NCBI GenBank assembly: GCA_964510095.1
Contig: CAZEAE010000001.1
Span: 1-64,000, forward strand
Source of the DNA: an uncultured Elusimicrobia bacterium
GTDB taxonomy: Bacteria > Elusimicrobiota > Elusimicrobia > UBA1565 > UBA9628
Direction: 5' to 3'
Length of the DNA stretch: 64,000 nucleotides
Shown here: positions 9,629 through 18,767 of the stretch, in pieces
Layout of the letters: the number at the start of each line of letters is the position of its first letter
Position numbering within the stretch: the first letter of the stretch is position 1
Program-made: the position numbers and the translations under genes
The notes under the pieces: generated by a model
Told to the model about the DNA's origin: nothing
The model's database searches: none
The model's input: the letters and a program-made list of their open reading frames with translations, nothing else

Positions 9629-10195
9629 ATGAACATCAAGATGATATCCCTGATGGCCTTGCTCACAACACTGACTGGTTGCGCCGGACACCGGGAGACG
9701 GCCCGCCCTGAACCCGCCGCGCCGCCTCTGGAAGCACCGCAAGCGCCCTTTTCCCTCGAACCGCTGGGCTGCCCGGTCTATGCCGGAGACGACCGGCCGG
9801 ACTATGACGCGCAAGCTCTCGAGTGCATCGTCAAGTGGATGGGGGAAGCCCACGAGTACCTCGCCAAAGGCGGCAAACCGACGAAGCATACCAGCGATGA
9901 GAGCTTCGAGCAATACCGGGTGACGGCCCAGAAGCTCGTCGCCCGCGTCTCAAGATCGCTCACGCAGGCCCGCCCGAACGCCGCCGCGGCCCCGCCCGCA
10001 AGCGGCATGACCGCCCGAACACCGTCTGGCGCCGACGCCAGCCGGGAATCTCAGCAGCACTACCTGAGCGGCGTCATCTTCTACCAGAAGGGCGATCTCG
10101 AAGGCGCGCGCCGGGAGTGGCTGCGGGCCAAACGGCTCGACCCCGCGAACTCCGATGCCGAGGCGGGCCTGGACCGCCTCGAGAAGACCCGCTGA
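9629..10195 (+). CDS. TPR-containing lipoprotein, hypothetical
   Basis: Start MNIKMISLMALLTTLTGCAG (lipobox LTGC); C-terminal TPR-like YLSGVIFYQKGDLEGARREWLRAKRLDPANSDA. The longer ORF from 9500 lacks a signal peptide. Confidence 0.5.
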   Translation: MNIKMISLMALLTTLTGCAGHRETARPEPAAPPLEAPQAPFSLEPLGCPVYAGDDRPDYDAQALECIVKWMGEAHEYLAKGGKPTKHTSDESFEQYRVTAQKLVARVSRSLTQARPNAAAAPPASGMTARTPSGADASRESQQHYLSGVIFYQKGDLEGARREWLRAKRLDPANSDAEAGLDRLEKTR

Positions 10196-10255
10196 CTCCG
10201 CGTGATGATCCAGGATATCTCGGACCGAGGTACGTGAGAACTCGGGAGGCGAAGG

Positions 10256-11026
10256 CTACTTCCAGAACTGAGCCTTGTCCGCTAAACGGCCAAGGAAGGA
10301 ACGCTGGTTGCCCTTCGCGGCTTGCAGCGCCGCGTCCCCTGGAGGGGCAGGCTCCGCGACGTCGGCTTGCGCGTTCCTAGGGGTCGACCTTGCCAGAGCA
10401 AGGCGTATCTTCCCGTCATGGCCCGCGGGGCTGCCTGACTGCGCAAGCACGCTCGGAGCGGGTTCGACCAGGGCTTGAGCTGTATTTTCCCCAGTAAAAA
10501 ACCCGTCCAGCGCCGCTTTCATCCCCTCCGGGGAATCGAGCGACAGCCCGATAGATGACAACTGCTTGCTGAGGGGAGCGATCGTGGTGGCGAAGGCCGC
10601 CCGCGCCTTAGGGTTGCCCTGAAAGGGCCGCAAGAAGGCCTGAAGATGATCGTTGACTTCGGCGCCGACAGGCGGCAGGCCTGCGTCCAATCGGATATCG
10701 CTAAAAAGCGCCTGCACCGCGGGCAGAGCCTCCGGCCGTTCGATCGCCTCGATAAGAAGCGCTCCCGCCGTGGCTTGGGTCGGCGTCACTTCCGGACCGA
10801 CCAAGCTTTTGGTCAGGGCTTGGGCCATCAATTGAGGAGAGCCGGCCAACGGAGTCAAGGCCAGGATCTGAGCATTGAGGTCCAGGGCAATCTTGGGCAA
10901 TTGCCCGGCCAAACCGGGACGTTCCGCGCGGATCCCGGAATTCCCGATCGATACCGCGGCGAAGGCCTGCGGGGCAAGAGAGCCGCTCAGTAAAAACAAC
11001 CACGCCGCTACCTTCAATAGGTTCAT
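10256..11026 (-). CDS. Secreted hypothetical protein
   Basis: Start MNLLKVAAWLFLLSGSLAPQAFAAV (signal peptide); Ala/Leu-rich, no recognisable domain. Confidence 0.4.
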   Translation of the reverse strand: MNLLKVAAWLFLLSGSLAPQAFAAVSIGNSGIRAERPGLAGQLPKIALDLNAQILALTPLAGSPQLMAQALTKSLVGPEVTPTQATAGALLIEAIERPEALPAVQALFSDIRLDAGLPPVGAEVNDHLQAFLRPFQGNPKARAAFATTIAPLSKQLSSIGLSLDSPEGMKAALDGFFTGENTAQALVEPAPSVLAQSGSPAGHDGKIRLALARSTPRNAQADVAEPAPPGDAALQAAKGNQRSFLGRLADKAQFWK

Positions 11027-11209
11027 GATGCTTTTATGTGAATCTCTCCTAAGTATTAAGCTGCGCCCCTCTTTTGTCAAGGCCCGCAGTCAAACCCGGT
11101 TTTTCATCGACCTCCGAAACACGCAACCCCGTTTCTGGAGCCGATGCCGCCGACCGCCTTCCCTTCCGCCTCAGGACTTGATCGCGGCCCAGGGTTACAA
11201 TACGATGAG

Positions 11210-13840
11210 ATGAGAAAAGCCTCTCGGCTGGTCCGAAAGTCCCTCCTGGGGTTGTCCTTGCTCCTCTTGCAGCCCTCGGCGTTCGCCGCCCCGGTCAAGA
11301 TCGACGAGGCAGGCCTCGGAGGAGAGATCATGTCCCTGGTGGGCGCGCGGCCCGAGCGCTTGCGCGACTACGCCGTCGCCATCGAAGACGGCCGCTTCGT
11401 CCGCCTGGACCGGCGGATGGGCAAGCCGCTTAAGCCGACCCGGTTCGCCGACCGCGCGGAGTTGGCGAAGATCGCCCGAGAGCTGCGCGACCTGGACCGC
11501 CGCTCGACGCAGAGCGACACGCGGCGCGACACGCAGATCGACCGCCAGGCCGCCGCGACGCTCGCCGCCATCCCCGCGCCCGAGGCCTGGAGGACAGGCG
11601 CGGCCCTGCTCTTCGACGGCGGCAGGCTTGAAGCCGAGACCAGCCTTCAGGGCGACTGGAGCGCGCGCGCGGATTTTGCCAACGGGCGGCTGCGGCGCTG
11701 GAATATGAAGAGCCCTTCCAGCGACACCGAAGTCGAGGTGGGAGACCTGGCCGCAGGCGGCTTGAGCCCCGCTCTAGGGTCAAGCCCGTACTGGAGCGTG
11801 ACCAAGGGGCATGCCGGCTCCGGCGACTGGCTGGATCACCAGTTCCGCGGCCAGGCCTCCTATGTGAACCTGGAGGCGCGGAATTTTCCCGAGGTCCCCG
11901 CGCCGCAATACCAGGGCGGCTTCACCAAGGAGTCCTATTACGTCTTCAGCGGCCTCGCCCAGGCCGGGCGGGCCTATCCCCTCTACGGTCCGGTGGACGC
12001 GGCCTGGAGCGCCCTCGGGGTTTTTCGCCGCACCCAAGCCTTCCCCAACGCCTCCTTCGATGAGAGCGTGGGGCTGCGGGCGAGGATAGGGCAGGATCAT
12101 TCGCTCGGGCTCTTCACCGGCGTCACCCAGGCCGTGGGCCTGCTCAGCGAGGACTGGGCCAACCGGGCCGTCTCGGGCTTGGAGCAACAGGCCGGCATGG
12201 AAAAAGCCCCGCATTCCAATATCTCCCTTTGGGGCCGGCTCCCCTGGCGCCAGGCCGACTACGCGGTGGACCTGGGGCGCCAGGACAACCCCATGACCGA
12301 GGTCTCCAGCCTCCGGGCCTCCTTGGGCGCGCCTGCCGGCGCGGGGCGGCTCTCCGTGTACGGGGCCGGGGAGACCGAGGTCGGCCGACGTATCGAGTTC
12401 GACCGCCGCCGCTCCAGCCTCGGCGCAAGCTGGGCTCCGGACGGCAGGACCCGTTGGTTCGCCGAGTACGGCCGGCAGGACTTTCGCTTTGGAGACGCCG
12501 AGGTAAAGAGCCGCCAGGTTATGGTCGGTCTTGAGCTCTCCGATAAATACCGCACCGGCGCCGGCGTCACATTAGAATCGAGCTTCGGGGGCCGTGAGAA
12601 GCTCACGGCCGGCGGCGCCGATTTCCAAGCCCTGGCCGGCCCCCTGGCCGCGGGGCTTTCCCAGCTCGAGACGGCCTTGAACCAGGCGCTGGCGGTCCTC
12701 GAGACGACGAACGAGGACCAGGCCTGGCTGTCCTTCACCGCTTACTATAACCACCTGCCGGCCGACACCCGCGCGGCCATCGAGGCGGAACTGGGGCCCG
12801 CCGACCGCGACGACTTCGACTTGCCCGCCTGGATCACGGTCATTCGCCAGGGGGCCGGCGGCCTAGCCCAAGCAAAAGCCCTGGTGGGAGACCCCGCCTT
12901 CCTCGATCGGACCTTCACGCGCTACGCCCGCGCCGCGCTGCAGAAGAGCATCGGCGAGACCGAACTGGAGGTCTTGGGCGCGCAAGTGCGCCTGACGCCC
13001 CCCGCCCTCCTCGCGCTGCTTCACGCCTACAGCCTCGGGGTCAGCCCCCTGCCGCCGGTGGGCCGCGACCTGCTCTCCGGCCCCCTAGACCAAAGGGTCC
13101 TCGACCAGATCAACAGGAAGTTCGGCAGCGCCTGTTCCGGAGATTTTAAGACCGTCTCCGCCTGCCTGATCGAGCACGTCCCCGCCGATAAAAAAGCGGC
13201 CCTCGAGGCGGCCTATGGCAAAGATTTGCCGATCGTCCTGGGCGACTCCATGGCCCTCATGGCCCAGGTCCTGCGCCGGGAGCTCAACGTCTTCCTTCTT
13301 TCCGCGATGCTGGCGGCCGAGAAGCTCGACGCGCTCAGCGTGGACCGCGGCCAGCGCCTCGGCGAGATGAACAAGGCGGCCCTGACGCGCTCCTTCGCCC
13401 TCCTAGACCAGCGCCGGCGCGCGGAAAGCGCGCCCCCGCGGGTCCTGGCGCGAGCCGAGGGCAGGCTCCGGGAAGAGCTGGCCCGGCAGGACGCCGACAT
13501 CGCCGGGCGGCTGCGCGAGCACGGCCCCAAGCTGCTGGCCAGCCTGGTCTCCCAACCCTCCTGGCCGAGCAACGTCTCGGTCAGCGTGCCCCAAGAGCAC
13601 TGGCCCGCCCTCTTGTCCCGATACGGCTCCGAGAGCCTGGCCCTCTTCCTGCGCCAGGCCGCCTCCAAGCTCGGGCAGAAGGCGGGATTCAGGATGGTTC
13701 GTTTGCGCCTTGAGTTCAAGAACGACCCCGACCTGGGCCTCTCTTTGACGCGCGGAGATATCCTGCGCCTCACGCTGCCGCCGCTGGGTCCCGGCCGCGA
13801 CCCCGCCTCCGCTCTAGAGGCGATCCTTTCGGCGCTTTGA
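11210..13840 (+). CDS. Large secreted hypothetical protein (~876 aa)
   Basis: Signal peptide MRKASRLVRKSLLGLSLLLLQPSAFAAP; the N-terminal half is Gly/Ser/aromatic-rich with alternating patterns compatible with beta strands, the C-terminal half is helical Ala/Leu-rich; no recognised domain. Confidence 0.5.
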   Translation: MRKASRLVRKSLLGLSLLLLQPSAFAAPVKIDEAGLGGEIMSLVGARPERLRDYAVAIEDGRFVRLDRRMGKPLKPTRFADRAELAKIARELRDLDRRSTQSDTRRDTQIDRQAAATLAAIPAPEAWRTGAALLFDGGRLEAETSLQGDWSARADFANGRLRRWNMKSPSSDTEVEVGDLAAGGLSPALGSSPYWSVTKGHAGSGDWLDHQFRGQASYVNLEARNFPEVPAPQYQGGFTKESYYVFSGLAQAGRAYPLYGPVDAAWSALGVFRRTQAFPNASFDESVGLRARIGQDHSLGLFTGVTQAVGLLSEDWANRAVSGLEQQAGMEKAPHSNISLWGRLPWRQADYAVDLGRQDNPMTEVSSLRASLGAPAGAGRLSVYGAGETEVGRRIEFDRRRSSLGASWAPDGRTRWFAEYGRQDFRFGDAEVKSRQVMVGLELSDKYRTGAGVTLESSFGGREKLTAGGADFQALAGPLAAGLSQLETALNQALAVLETTNEDQAWLSFTAYYNHLPADTRAAIEAELGPADRDDFDLPAWITVIRQGAGGLAQAKALVGDPAFLDRTFTRYARAALQKSIGETELEVLGAQVRLTPPALLALLHAYSLGVSPLPPVGRDLLSGPLDQRVLDQINRKFGSACSGDFKTVSACLIEHVPADKKAALEAAYGKDLPIVLGDSMALMAQVLRRELNVFLLSAMLAAEKLDALSVDRGQRLGEMNKAALTRSFALLDQRRRAESAPPRVLARAEGRLREELARQDADIAGRLREHGPKLLASLVSQPSWPSNVSVSVPQEHWPALLSRYGSESLALFLRQAASKLGQKAGFRMVRLRLEFKNDPDLGLSLTRGDILRLTLPPLGPGRDPASALEAILSAL

Positions 13841-13878
13841 TGTCCGACAAATCCGACCGACGCTGTGAGGTGAAAAAC

Positions 13879-14757
13879 ATGAGAAGCAATAGCTATCGGA
13901 GCCTGGCGGGAGTTCTCTGCCTGCTCGCCCATGCGAGCCTCGCTTGGGCCGGCGCGGGGTTCGGCCCGGGGCAAAACCTGGATGTCGAAGAGTTCTTGCG
14001 CGCAGCCCGGGCCGGCGACGGCCCGGCCGCGCCGCGGTCATGCCACCCCGGCCAAGCGGTCGAATGGGTGGCCATCAAAGGAGGGAAATTCGCGATGGGC
14101 GCCGACAACGGCGATAGCGATGCCAAGCCGCTCCACGAGGTCGCCATCAAAACCTTTGAGATGTCCAAGGCCTTGATTACCGTGGAGCAATACGCCGAGT
14201 GCGTAATCAAAGGCGGTTGTACGGAGCCGGGCGCCGGTGAGTACTGCAATTGGGGGAAGACGGACCGGCAGCGCCACCCGGTCAATTGCGTGGACTGGAA
14301 ACAGGCCGACCGGTACGCGAAATTCAAGGCCGCGCGGTTGCCCAGCGAGTCCGAGTGGGAGTACGCGGCGACCAGCGGGGGCAGGAACCAGAAATACCCT
14401 TGGGGCAACGAGGAGCCGAGCTGCGAGAGGGCCGTGATGCACGGCGAGGACGCCTATGGCTGCGACGGCGGGGGCACGATGCCGGTCTGCTCGAAGCCCG
14501 ACGGGAACACCGCGCAGGGTCTGTGCGACATGGCGGGAAACGTCTGGCAGTGGGTGCAGGACAAATATCAGGACTCGTATGCCGATGCGCCTGCGGACGG
14601 CAGCGCGTTTGAGGCTGCGGGCTCCTACCGGGTATGGCGTGGCGGCTCCTTCATCAACGGCGGCGCCAGGTACCTGCGGGCCAAATACCGCAACAACGTC
14701 GGCCCCGGCTACCGCGGCAGCCTCGTTGGCTTCCGCGTGGCGAGGTCGAGCCGTTGA
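13879..14757 (+). CDS. Secreted FGE-sulfatase (SUMF1/formylglycine-generating enzyme) domain protein
   Basis: Signal peptide then SUMF1 domain motifs: VTVEQYAECV, HPVNCVDWKQADRYAKFKAARLPSESEWEYAA, GNVWQWVQDKY, RVWRGGSFINGGARYLRAKYRN...GFRVARS. Confidence 0.75.
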   Translation: MRSNSYRSLAGVLCLLAHASLAWAGAGFGPGQNLDVEEFLRAARAGDGPAAPRSCHPGQAVEWVAIKGGKFAMGADNGDSDAKPLHEVAIKTFEMSKALITVEQYAECVIKGGCTEPGAGEYCNWGKTDRQRHPVNCVDWKQADRYAKFKAARLPSESEWEYAATSGGRNQKYPWGNEEPSCERAVMHGEDAYGCDGGGTMPVCSKPDGNTAQGLCDMAGNVWQWVQDKYQDSYADAPADGSAFEAAGSYRVWRGGSFINGGARYLRAKYRNNVGPGYRGSLVGFRVARSSR

Positions 14758-14821
14758 CCAGGAGGAAGGCCCGATTCGGGGCTGCCAGGAGTTCGATAAG
14801 ACTTGAAGCAAAGGAGAAACC

Positions 14822-15394
14822 ATGAAAAGCAAAAGGACGCCTTCACGACTCAAGATCGCGCTGGCCCTGACGGCGCTGTGCCTTTCCAGCCAGGCCGTCG
14901 CCGCGGAGACTTCCCTCGGCGAAGCCTTCGGCTCCGTGCAGGAAACGGTCCAAGCCGGCAAGACGCGGCTCAAGGCGACCCGCGCCGCCCCGGTGATCAT
15001 CGCCGAGCGCGGCGTATACAAGGCCTCGCTGACGACGCTTCTCGCCAAGCAGAAGTGCTCATCGCAATTCGAGCAGGTCAACGGCCGCGAGCCTCTGGCG
15101 ACGTGCGCCGTTGACGCCGGCGCGCCGGGAATGATCAAGCCCGTCGCGATCCTTCCCTTCGGGCTTCACGGCGAGTTCGACTCCGAGATCGGCGCGGGCT
15201 CAAAAGTGGGCTGCACCGGCGGCATCCGCGCAGACGCGGGCCTGGCGGGCCAGTTCCAGATATTCGTCGGCCTCAGCCCCTACAGCCTCGATTATTCGAA
15301 GGAGCAGTTCCAGCAGTGCTTCGAGTCCGTGATCTCCAAACTCCAGGCCAAGGACCGGGTCATGTACTTCGAAGCGGTTCAGACGGCGAAATGA
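14822..15394 (+). CDS. Secreted Cys-containing hypothetical protein, paralog family A (member 1)
   Basis: Signal peptide + conserved leader MKSKRTPSRLKIALALTALCLSSQAVAAETSLGEAFGSVQETVQAGKTRL shares ~85% nt identity with the 5' end of the 17336 gene; AAGGAGA RBS. Confidence 0.5.
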   Translation: MKSKRTPSRLKIALALTALCLSSQAVAAETSLGEAFGSVQETVQAGKTRLKATRAAPVIIAERGVYKASLTTLLAKQKCSSQFEQVNGREPLATCAVDAGAPGMIKPVAILPFGLHGEFDSEIGAGSKVGCTGGIRADAGLAGQFQIFVGLSPYSLDYSKEQFQQCFESVISKLQAKDRVMYFEAVQTAK

Positions 15395-17226
15395 GACGGC
15401 AGGCGATCCCGCTCGCGGCCTTGGCCGCGCTGCTGGCGGCGCTTGTCCTGCCCGTCGGCGCGGCGGACGGCCCGGCCGCCTCCGAGGTCGACCTGAGCGC
15501 GCGCTACCTGCCGGGCGGGTCATGGTTCGACGTGGGCGACCAGGGGCTGGCGATACGCCTGACAGGCCGCCCTGCCGTCAACGGGATCGTGGATTTCCGC
15601 GGCCAAGCGGGGGGCGCCTTGGCCTTCGAGGCCCGTCCGCTCTCTTCGGCGCAGCCGCCCTACGGCTACTCCTTGATCGGAAGCGCGGTCTCCGCGCGCG
15701 TCACGCGCTTCGGCGCGGGCTTCCTTCTAGAAGGCCAAGCGGGCGGCAGACCCCTGGCGCTGACCTTGGAGCGCCTGCGTGATCAAGACTACCAGGTCGT
15801 CGGCCGCGACGGAACGAAGCTCAAGGCCTGGATCACCCCCTCCCTGGCCCGCCTGCAAGGACGCTTCGAGCCGGAGAAAACATCGCGAGAGGGGCTGGCC
15901 GTCCTGGGCGCGGCGCTGGCCCTGATGTTCTCGGAGCAACCCGCGACGCCGCCTCGCGCCGCCTCCGACGCCGGCGCAAGCGAAGCAGCTCACGAACCCG
16001 CCGCTGCTTTGAATGAGAGCGTCTCCGCCGAGGGATTGGACTTGGACGCCCTTTTCGACGGCGTGAAGGACTTCCGCGGAGCCGTCCATGTCCACACCTC
16101 CCTCTCGCGCGACAGCCACGCCTCGCCGGAGGATCTGGTCAAAGCCGCCAATGAGATCGGCCTGGACTTCGTGATGACCTCCGATCACCGGGGGCAGGAC
16201 GTCTACGCGAAGTCGCTGCGCGGCATGCAAGGCGGCACTCTCTTCATACCCGGGATGGAAGTCATCCAAGGAGGCTCCGGGCTCTTCGGGAACTGCTGGC
16301 CGCCCTCGGTCTGCAACTCGGCTCTCTACTTGAACATGAGCGATTCGACCACGGTCACCAATCCAGATCTTGAGCGGCTGCTGACGGGCCCGCGCGGCCC
16401 GGAAGAACTTGTGATCGTGGCCCATCCCTTGGGTTTCAAAGATTGGGAGCACGGAAACATCGACGGGATGGAGATCTACGATCTGGCCGATGAGTTCATG
16501 CCGCCCTGCGTCTGGGGGACCTTGCGCAGGATCCTCGCGCTGGTCCTGCGGGCCGTCGGCGTCCGGTTGTTCGACCAGCCCACGGAGGACATCCTGATCG
16601 ACCGGCTGCAAAGGCCCGACGCGCACCTCAAGAAGTGGGACGAATTGCTCTCCCAGGGCCGGCACGTCGTGGGCGTCGGGGCTCCCGACGCCCATCAGAA
16701 CATGAGGATCTTCGGGGTGCAGCTGGACCGCTACGTCTTGACCCTGCGCTTTCCTTCCGTGCACATCCTGGCGCGCGAGCTGACCGCGCAGGCGCTGGCG
16801 GCCGCTCTCAAGAACGGCCGCAGCTACACCTCCTTCGACCTGCTCGCCGATCCCTCGGGGTTCAGATTCTCCGCCGCGGACGGCCAATCGTCGTATACAC
16901 AGGGAGACAGCATGCGCTTGGCCCGGGATCGGCCGGTGGTCTTCACCGCGATGTCGCCCCGCGAAGGCAGGATCAGGCTATTCAAGAACGGAGCGCTCGT
17001 CCAGGAGGCGTCCGGGGCACAGTTGGGCTTTACGACGCACGACCCCGGGGCGTATCGGGTCGAAGTCGAGCTGAACCTCAAAGGAGAATGGAAGCCTTGG
17101 ATCTTCTCGAACCCCATCTACTTGGAGCCAAGCCCCGAGACTCCAGAGCAGAAGGAATCGTCGCGGGACAACAACGCTTCGGCTGGCAGTCAAACCGGGC
17201 TTTCCAACGGCGGACCAAATGGATAG
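15391..17226 (+). CDS. Secreted PHP-domain (polymerase/histidinol phosphatase-like) metal-dependent phosphoesterase
   Basis: Start MRRQAIPLAALAALLAALVLPVGAADG overlaps the upstream stop (ATGA); PHP motif AVHVHTSLSRDSHASPEDLVKAANEIGLDFVMTSDHR. Confidence 0.6.
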   Translation: MRRQAIPLAALAALLAALVLPVGAADGPAASEVDLSARYLPGGSWFDVGDQGLAIRLTGRPAVNGIVDFRGQAGGALAFEARPLSSAQPPYGYSLIGSAVSARVTRFGAGFLLEGQAGGRPLALTLERLRDQDYQVVGRDGTKLKAWITPSLARLQGRFEPEKTSREGLAVLGAALALMFSEQPATPPRAASDAGASEAAHEPAAALNESVSAEGLDLDALFDGVKDFRGAVHVHTSLSRDSHASPEDLVKAANEIGLDFVMTSDHRGQDVYAKSLRGMQGGTLFIPGMEVIQGGSGLFGNCWPPSVCNSALYLNMSDSTTVTNPDLERLLTGPRGPEELVIVAHPLGFKDWEHGNIDGMEIYDLADEFMPPCVWGTLRRILALVLRAVGVRLFDQPTEDILIDRLQRPDAHLKKWDELLSQGRHVVGVGAPDAHQNMRIFGVQLDRYVLTLRFPSVHILARELTAQALAAALKNGRSYTSFDLLADPSGFRFSAADGQSSYTQGDSMRLARDRPVVFTAMSPREGRIRLFKNGALVQEASGAQLGFTTHDPGAYRVEVELNLKGEWKPWIFSNPIYLEPSPETPEQKESSRDNNASAGSQTGLSNGGPNG

Positions 17227-17335
17227 GGCCGTTTCTGGGGCCAATGCCAGGCTCGGCTTGCCCTTGCGCCTCAGGCCGAGCGCCCGACTTGGGGCTACAA
17301 TGAGTTCAAGAGAACTTGCCGGAAAAGGAGAAGCC

Positions 17336-18043
17336 ATGAAAAACAAGATGACGACTTCACGCCTCAAGATCGCGCTGGCCCTGACGGCGCTGTGCGCTTC
17401 CAGCTGGGCCGCCGCCGCGGAGACATCCCTCAGCGAAGCCTTCATCTCCCTGCAGGCGACGGTCCAAGCCGGCAGGGCGCGGCTCGACCAGGCCGCGGAA
17501 AGTTCGAAGCCCGCCGATATGGATGAGGACGACGTCGTCGTCACCCCTGGAATTGGCCATTGGGTCATGGACAAAGAAGACCGGGTCGGCCAAATCATCG
17601 AGATTTATCCAAACGGAGCCGCGCGTTATCAGGTCGGGAGCGACGTCTATATCTCGAACTATCTTTCCCTGGAGCAGGAACATGGAGACGGCGTGTGGAC
17701 CGGGGACACGGTGATCGATACCGACAATGAGATCGGAACGGTCATGCGCATCTTCTGCACGCGCAACCCGCGGGCTTTGCGCGATCCGGCCTGCCGCATC
17801 CAGTACAAGGTGAGAAACAGCTTCTATATCGCCAAAGGCGGCCTCAAGCGCGAGGTCCAGGAATATGTCAAGTCGGACTTCCCCCACCTCGGCCAGAAAG
17901 TTTCGCGAGGCTCCATGATCATCACCTCGGAGAACAATACGTTAACGGTGGATCAGCTCTTCTCGGACGGCCGCGTCCGCTTTCGCGTCGGCGCAAAATC
18001 AGAGATCCTGACCAGAGACCGCTACACCGCGGTCCAGCGTTGA
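17336..18043 (+). CDS. Secreted hypothetical protein, paralog family A (member 2), with three ~50-aa SH3-like repeats
   Basis: Leader MKNKMTTSRLKIALALTALCASSWAAAAETSLSEAFISLQATVQAGRARL matches family A; AAGGAGA RBS at 17324-17330; lower GC than surroundings. Confidence 0.5.
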   Translation: MKNKMTTSRLKIALALTALCASSWAAAAETSLSEAFISLQATVQAGRARLDQAAESSKPADMDEDDVVVTPGIGHWVMDKEDRVGQIIEIYPNGAARYQVGSDVYISNYLSLEQEHGDGVWTGDTVIDTDNEIGTVMRIFCTRNPRALRDPACRIQYKVRNSFYIAKGGLKREVQEYVKSDFPHLGQKVSRGSMIITSENNTLTVDQLFSDGRVRFRVGAKSEILTRDRYTAVQR

Positions 18044-18062
18044 ACGAAATGAAGGGGGGAAT

Positions 18063-18752
18063 ATGAAAAAATCGATATCCATCCGCCGCGCGGGGTCTTC
18101 CGTCGCCGTGATCCTAGGCGCCCTGGGGATTCTTGCCGCGACGAGCTCTGCTCAAAGCCCGGTCGAATGGAACGCCGGCGACCCGGTGATCCAGCTTCAG
18201 CAGCGCCTGGCCGAACAGCCCGCCGCGGCGACTCCACCGGCCAGGCCCGTGTCCATCAAACCCGAGGAGAAGGAGGTTAGCGGGATCGCCGACCCCGCTT
18301 TGACCGGAGACTACCGGCTCAAGGAGATCCGCGCCCAGGGCTTCCCTGAAAAACTGCGTTCGCATTACTGCCCCGACCGCCTCAGGGTCGTGCTCGACGA
18401 CCCTTCCCGCCGCGTCACCGTCTTCGGGAAGATGGACGACGAAGAGGGACCCGACGGCGAGTATCCTGGATACCGCCTCCTCAAGACTTTCTCCCCCTCT
18501 CGCCTGGTCAAGGAACCGGACGAGGTCGACCGCGGAGCCGTGACCGAAACGGCATTCGACGGCAAAGAGGTGCGCACCACCCATAACGGCTTCATGCTGC
18601 TGATCTTCAGCGTAGTGCATGAATACACCGGCCTGCGCCTGACCAGCCAGGACGTCTTGGTCTGGAAGCATTCCGAGACCGTCGTGCCGGCCGGCGCACT
18701 GCTCTCCAACGATGAAGACTACACCTGTCACTATGACAGAGCCGCCCGCTGA
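18063..18752 (+). CDS. Secreted hypothetical protein, paralog family B (member 1)
   Basis: MKKSISIRRAGSSVAVILGALGILAATSSAQSPVEWNAGDPVIQLQQRLAEQ shared with the 22001 gene (~88% nt identity over ~70 nt); RBS AAGGGGGG. Confidence 0.5.
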   Translation: MKKSISIRRAGSSVAVILGALGILAATSSAQSPVEWNAGDPVIQLQQRLAEQPAAATPPARPVSIKPEEKEVSGIADPALTGDYRLKEIRAQGFPEKLRSHYCPDRLRVVLDDPSRRVTVFGKMDDEEGPDGEYPGYRLLKTFSPSRLVKEPDEVDRGAVTETAFDGKEVRTTHNGFMLLIFSVVHEYTGLRLTSQDVLVWKHSETVVPAGALLSNDEDYTCHYDRAAR

Positions 18753-18767
18753 CGAAACACCTCGAGG

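Noticed and set aside
17252-17279. 7-bp stem / 17-nt loop hairpin (gctcggc...gccgagc) inside the conserved upstream element, considered as a structured RNA
   Set aside because: The stem is not conserved in the 21.9-kb copy of the element (no compensatory changes), so the conservation is more likely DNA-level, from recombination or promoter function, than RNA structure.
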